Assembly (NCBI GenBank): GCA_050230475.1
Contig: JBFLGF010000167.1
Location: forward strand, 1-64,000
Length of the DNA stretch: 64,000 nucleotides
Direction of reading: 5' to 3'
Source of the DNA: Ancylonema sp.
Taxonomy: Eukaryota
The position numbers and the translations under genes are program-made. Below the pieces are notes generated by a model, which saw nothing but the letters and a program-made list of their open reading frames with translations, did not search any database and was not told the DNA's origin. This document shows, in pieces, positions 58,169 through 64,000 of this stretch (positions within the stretch are counted from its first letter, which is position 1; each line of letters opens with the position of its first letter).

Positions 58169-59139
58169 ATTCTGGTGCATGAGCACTATGGCGGAATTAC
58201 GCCAGAGTGCATACCAACTAAGCTTTGGCAAGAGCGGTGACGTGTCGTTTTGTGATTTCGTTGAGCTTTGACTATGGCGATGTTAAAGGCTGATATCATT
58301 GAGCGGATGCTGAATTTTGTATCGGTGATCATTTGCTGCGTACGATAGTGCGTTCGACGCGTCCAGAGATAGCGTTAGATATCTTGCCTAGTACGTTAGT
58401 GAGCATGAAATTGAAGCGCGTTGGGATCGCGCGAGTTGCGGCACCGCATGCCGTCTAGGCGCGGTGATGGGGAGCGGTGCTCGGTAACTGCATGCCGTCT
58501 AGGCGCGGTTATGCGAGTACGGAGTGTGCCTAGGGAGATGGCCTTGCTATGTGATAGCTTGTACGGTCGAGTGGACCTTGTTATAGTTGTGTACGGTGTG
58601 CCTATACGGTGTAGTGCTTGCACGTGTAGACGTACACGATTGATATAGGTACGACATACGCGCCAAGAGTGTGCGCCATGGATATTTTAATCAATAAAAA
58701 TGATCCGAACATTAGTTGCGCCAGGTATTTTCTTTATTAATTTATATGATCCAATCCAACTTGCGCCATTATATAGGGACATGAGGGGACTTTCAGCCCT
58801 TCGGTTCTGGGCTCCTCGATCCCATCGACCTTCCCAAATGGGCCATAGACCGCTTTCCGTACACGAGCCCGGGGTTCCGCAGCTCGAAGCCCGGGGGCGT
58901 GGGGCTATTCTTCATTACAAGCACCTCTCGACACAGTAATTATTGAAATTTATTTTTTGATATGAGATCAGAATATTCGCTAAATAATATTGTTGCGCCA
59001 AAATTTCGTCGATTTTAATTAATTATTTGCTCCATAGGGTGCGCCAGCGTGGTCAAAATAATTAATTTAGTACGCGCCAAAAACGTGTGCTCCAGGCAAA
59101 ATGGTGATTATTTTTTGGCGTTTTATTTCTGGCTGGTAC

Positions 59140-59800
59140 GGTATGCCTCAATTTAGACCACAAATTGGATACCAAACATAGAGAGAATAATGGTATTCAC
59201 CCATATGTTTTTTGTGAAATATGAAGATCATAACTCATGTGCATCGTCTCACTATGATTTGATAAGTGCTTTGCATTTCAAAAAGAAGGTAGATAGTGTA
59301 GTGTAACGCAAAAATAAACGTGACTGTATCAAAAAAATAAACGTGGTTGAACAAAACTCTATCATCTATCGTGTAAATGACATGATGATATTTTATTCTT
59401 TTCAGATTTAAACATGTGAAACATTTTAATCGCTTCAAAATCTTACATGAGAAATAAATTTTGAAAAGTTGGTATGCATTTGTATTCCATCAAAGCAAGA
59501 AAGCAAACGTCCCTATATGTATTTTTTTGGAGAATGTGGTGGAATCTATTACGTACTCCTTCAACATCATTATTTTTCGTTAGTAATTCGTCATGACAAA
59601 CATTTTCTATATATTTTTTGTACAAAGAAAATCGATATCATTGGCAACAAATATCCGGAGTTTTTCTTTCATGGATAACCATTTAAAACCCCCCAATTTT
59701 TTTTACTATAATCTGTCGTTCCAAAATTCTGGTCTAAAAGGACGGACCCTGATCCGGAATCGGAACCTCTAAGCCTCGCTTTGCTGGTCTATGCAACTAT
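59140..59800. mobile_element. Right-hand part of a CATAGTTGCAC-family hAT element
   Basis: Ends GGTCTATGCAACTATG. The last ~170 bp align with 61500-61667. Confidence 0.6.
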
Positions 59801-60570
59801 GATCCGCTTCGGAGATCAATCGGAACCGATCCGGATCTGTGCCGGATTGGAGATGAGCCGATCGGATTGGGCCCATTCTTGTAGTGTGCCAATATAAGAC
59901 TTCGGGTTCATCCAATACGATTTGATTTTGTAATGGTTTTTCGAAATGATTCCGGGAGCCCGTGTGTTCGTATCGATGATTGTTCTCGTGATGATTCCGG
60001 GATTCCTTCGGTTATGATCGATGTTTGTGTGGATGATTCTGATTTTGGGAATAAAATTTAGTAGAATTGCTTAATTAAATTTAAATTTAAATAATTTTTT
60101 ACTTTTTAATATTTTTGATTTTTTGATCCAAATACTTATTCATACAAATTTAAGATTTACATTAATTAAGAGATGCGACTCTATACTGGCATCGGGGAAT
60201 TTGCGATGAGGTGCTGATCATAAGCGAGGCGGAGGAGGTGAAAATTGTTGGGGTTGTGGGGAACTTGATGTGCACCAATTGTGGCATGAATTCGACTAAA
60301 ATATAGCTACCCGAGGGTAAAATCAGATTTCGGAACCAAGGTCCGGCCCGGTCTGAGATGCGGACCGGGAGAGACCGCGCGGTTCTTAGGGTTTTGGAAA
60401 TGGCGGGCATTTTTTGAGGGCGTCTCGATATTTTTTCTTCTTTCCCCCACCCCCCCTCTTCTTCCCCTCGTTTTCTCAACAAAAAAAAAACCTAAACGTT
60501 ATGCCTAGGCGTTGTAAGGCTTAGGCAGGAGGTAGCATTCGCCGATTGGAAGGATTGAGATGTATAGAAT

Positions 60571-61667
60571 CATAATTGCACGGGCCGGCAACATTGGATT
60601 TTCGGACCGCGGTCGGACCGGGTCCCGAGTCGGGACCCGGTCGGACCGGGGAACTTTTTGGTTTTTTTTGCTAGACAATTTTTCCGCGGGGAAAAAGGAC
60701 GTGGTGCTTCATTTTTCTTCTGTACCTCACATGTGTGATATACATGTGTCATTTGTGGCTTGCGAAGCTGTAGCAAAATTACCAAGATAAATAAAATAAA
60801 ATAGCATATTCATATCCAACCGTCCATTGATTGCGATGGTGAAATTCAAAATTGACAAAATGGCTGAAATTTTGGTGTAAGTTGGTACTTGGAAATGTGT
60901 TATTCGGAGTGAGGAAATAATTTTGGGGACTGACAAGTTAGGAGTGGGAAGGGGGGAGAGAGGGGTTCATAAAGGTGTTATCGGGGTAAAAATAGAACAA
61001 AAATTGTGGGTGTAGAAGTCGTAATGTTTTTCTTCTGTTTTATATAAGTATGGAGTTGTGGGCAAGGATAGATGTTGACACGGTAAGTATATTTAAGATA
61101 GAGAAGTTACCCATTTATTTTATGTAGAATAGGAAAGTGAGAAGTGAGGAATGTATTTACAAGGTGGAAAGAAGTTTGAATACAAGGTTGTGAGCGTGGA
61201 AAAAAAAATCCAGGATGATATTTGATATATGTGTTTCTAATTTTATTTAATTCCATGATACAATGACTCTTCATCAATTCCTCACATGAGCATCATTTCA
61301 TAATTTCTTTGTAACTTATGGAACATTAAAATATATGGAGTACTCACAACCATTCCAAATGACCTAGGGCATTTTCTCACGTGATATCTTTCGAAAGTGG
61401 TGAAAAACGATATCTACAATGATGCATTGCAAGTTTTAATTACTTACTTGAAAGGTCTAACATTTTTTTGACATTTTTATAAGATGAAAAATATGATTTA
61501 ATTCGCGAAAAAATAATTCCGGAGTTTTCTCTCCACGGAAAACACCTTAAAACCCACAAAAACCGATATTACTCTAAACAGCCGGTCCGGATTTTTGACC
61601 CAAAAGGACGGACCTCGGTCCGGAGTCGGGACCTCGGGACCCCGGTCCGCCGGTCCGTGTAACTATG
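60571..61667. mobile_element. Non-autonomous hAT element (CATAGTTGCAC TIR family)
   Basis: TIRs CATAATTGCACGGGCCGGC / GCCGGTCCGTGTAACTATG. Perfect 8-bp TSD TATAGAAT. GGACC subterminal repeats. Confidence 0.9.
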
Positions 61668-63109
61668 TATAGAATAGAGTGGGGGGAAAGCGTGGTGGAC
61701 GTAGGGGAAGGGCTTACGGCTACTTTGTAAAAAATAGTCGGTCACTGGTTTTTCTTCATTTTGAAGTTTTTGTCCTCTCGAATTAATGCTCCATCGGCGA
61801 CATTTAGAGGATGCTAGGATGACGATTAAGATTCTAGGATGGTTTGATTTTAAAATGCCAAGTAATTGTTATATGGTGGGAGAATGGATGGACAAATTGC
61901 GGTATGTGTAGATGACGCGGAGACATGAGTAACCATTAGTAGCAAATGGCCACATTTTACGCCATATGAAGTCTTTGGTTACTAGATTTTGATTACTAAC
62001 TTCAAATTCTACAACAATCATTCATTCACTCATAACATTCAAAGTCGTTCTAAAATATTGTATCTTCTCTTGAAATCGCGTGGTCAACATGATGTATATA
62101 AGTAAGTGATAAAATGTTTGAAACTGCTATCACAACAAGTTCAAATGCTAAATGAAGTATTGGAGGACGGGAAATATTAAGTACTCGGCCAATTTTCTTT
62201 AAAAATCGAGAAAGCACGTTGGTTTTTGGTATTAATCCGTTAATGGCTACGCAATATGTTTTTATGAAAGCACATTGCAAAAATATAAGGGGAAAACATT
62301 ATTGGATGAAAGGAAAAAAATAAATATCTTATTAATTCCGGACCCGGAACCGGACCCGGATTTACCCTAAATCGCCGATCGGGGATTTGATCCTACAAGG
62401 ACAGACCCGGTCCGAGATGCGGACCTTAGACCCTGGTTCCGAAGGTTCGGGTAACTATGACCCAATCCCGAAGGTTCGGGTAACTATGGACTAAATCATG
62501 TCTTTGTGGTAAAGGATTTACTGTTTGGGACCGACTTGATCGGGGTACCTCCGGTCCGGCGCCAAGCAAAATCCGGTCCACATCATGGCCACATCCGATC
62601 CGGATCCGGGATCGAGGGGGGTCGGCACTAACTATGTCTACAAACAATTGATTCGCGTCTTGGATTCGTGATGGTGTTAAACAGTACACCCCAAGTAAAC
62701 CTTTCAAAAGAAAATCCCGACATCAAGTAGAACGGAAGTATCATATCAATATCGCTCGCATGGTAAATACGCAATCCCAATCGCTTAACAAATCTTGCAA
62801 CCACATCTATCCATCTCGTGTTACAATAAGTGATTACAACAAATATCACTTCAATCCTCCATTCAAGCACTCATGCGCCTCTTTTTCGGGCCATTAACAT
62901 TGACCCTCCGCCATGTGCGGGGGCGGCCGTGGCAATGTCAGGATAATTCCTGGCATAATATATATGGGACAATTGGCGATGACCCTACGCCATGTGCGTG
63001 GCTGACCCCCACAAAGGCGAGGCAACAACCCCACTTTTCTTCGTCAACATGCATAGTAACCGGAATAAGCGAATCTGACCAACATCCTTCCACTACAGTG
63101 TGCGTATCG

Positions 63110-64000
63110 TTACGTCCACTTCAAGGTTGCTGCTATGTATCGTAAGCTTTTTACTTGCTCTATCGCTCGTAGCCTCTCTTCTTGTTGTAATCGAGCACCT
63201 AAAGAAACAGGATCATTCCCTTGAATGAGCGTTGTGGGAGTGTTCTTGACCACCTTTTGTAGCAACTCATCCACTTCCTCTATGAACTCAATACGGAACA
63301 GAATTTTCTCGTTTTCTTGGTTGATGCCCTACAAGATTACACACAAAAACCTTCCATAGTAAGGGGCAACGATATCGCGCACATTGTGATGTGAATTTCA
63401 ATGATCACTACGCAAACAGAAAATGCGGGAGTGTTCGAAGAATCATGACGCCAGTCAGTGTATCCTACATATTAAGTAGTGCACTCAAGTCAACAACTAA
63501 CACCAACCCTGGCAACACACAAGGTCATATTGGTCTCTTTTTGTGTTTTGTCCATCCTAGAGACCTCTCTAGTTTATCTTGAAGCCACCAAAGTGAGATA
63601 TCAAAACATGCATTCTCAATGTGCCGCACGCTTTTGATCCAAGCCTACCGAATAAAAGGCTTGATTTCCGTTAGACATTCAAAACAACATTCATAACAGC
63701 ACTCCCTACTTTCAGAACTCTAAGCACGTCACTCCTGGCTACCACATTATTGTGTTTCTTGTTCGGATCCTGCAGACCTGACCACTCATGAACCAAGCAA
63801 GTACTCAGTCTGTGGTGAATGGCACCCCCGGATCTAAGTCTTCTCTGTACCCTCCAACCCAACCTCACCTGTGCCCCTTGTGGCCCTGAAGGCATGAAAA
63901 CGACGTGTGGGTTTTCGGGAACAAAAGCAGCCTTCATCTTCTCCCCCACAGTCTGCACCCAGGTCGCGTTTGACTGTGAACCCTGTCCAGGGAGGTGCAG
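63110..64000 (-). CDS. 3' exons of an unidentified protein-coding gene running off the window
   Basis: Candidate exons >64000-63869, 63769-63710 and 63328-63110 with GT-AG borders, all phase 0. They give ...PSGPQGAQ|DPNKKHNNVVARSDVLRVLK|GINQENEKILFRIEFIEEVDELLQKVVKN...LKWT*. No domain recognised. Confidence 0.5.

Overview
This is eukaryotic, intron-containing and transposon-rich DNA. The genes look like those of a green plant, probably a non-seed streptophyte such as a charophyte alga (inference). Two intact multi-exon genes lie at the left: an RD21-type papain-like cysteine protease with a granulin domain (+, 3315-6827) and a histidine-phosphatase/phosphoglycerate-mutase-like gene (-, 9667-12519). 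The ORF track largely hides the main structure, a tandem array of at least six MATH-BTB (CUL3 ubiquitin-ligase adaptor) genes between 17.3 and 54 kb that share one 5-exon architecture. Only one copy is clearly intact; the other five carry different lesions. The MATH substrate-binding exons are highly divergent while the BTB exon is conserved. Interspersed elements include a full-length degenerate Ty1/copia element with a half-tRNA primer site, Ty3/gypsy fragments (a protease and a PHD-finger integrase tail), CRE-type LINE fragments, many nested hAT and Tc1/mariner MITEs, and a ~440 bp (TA)n tract. The 3' exons of an unidentified gene appear at the right edge. All exon boundaries and alignments were read by eye and need computational confirmation.
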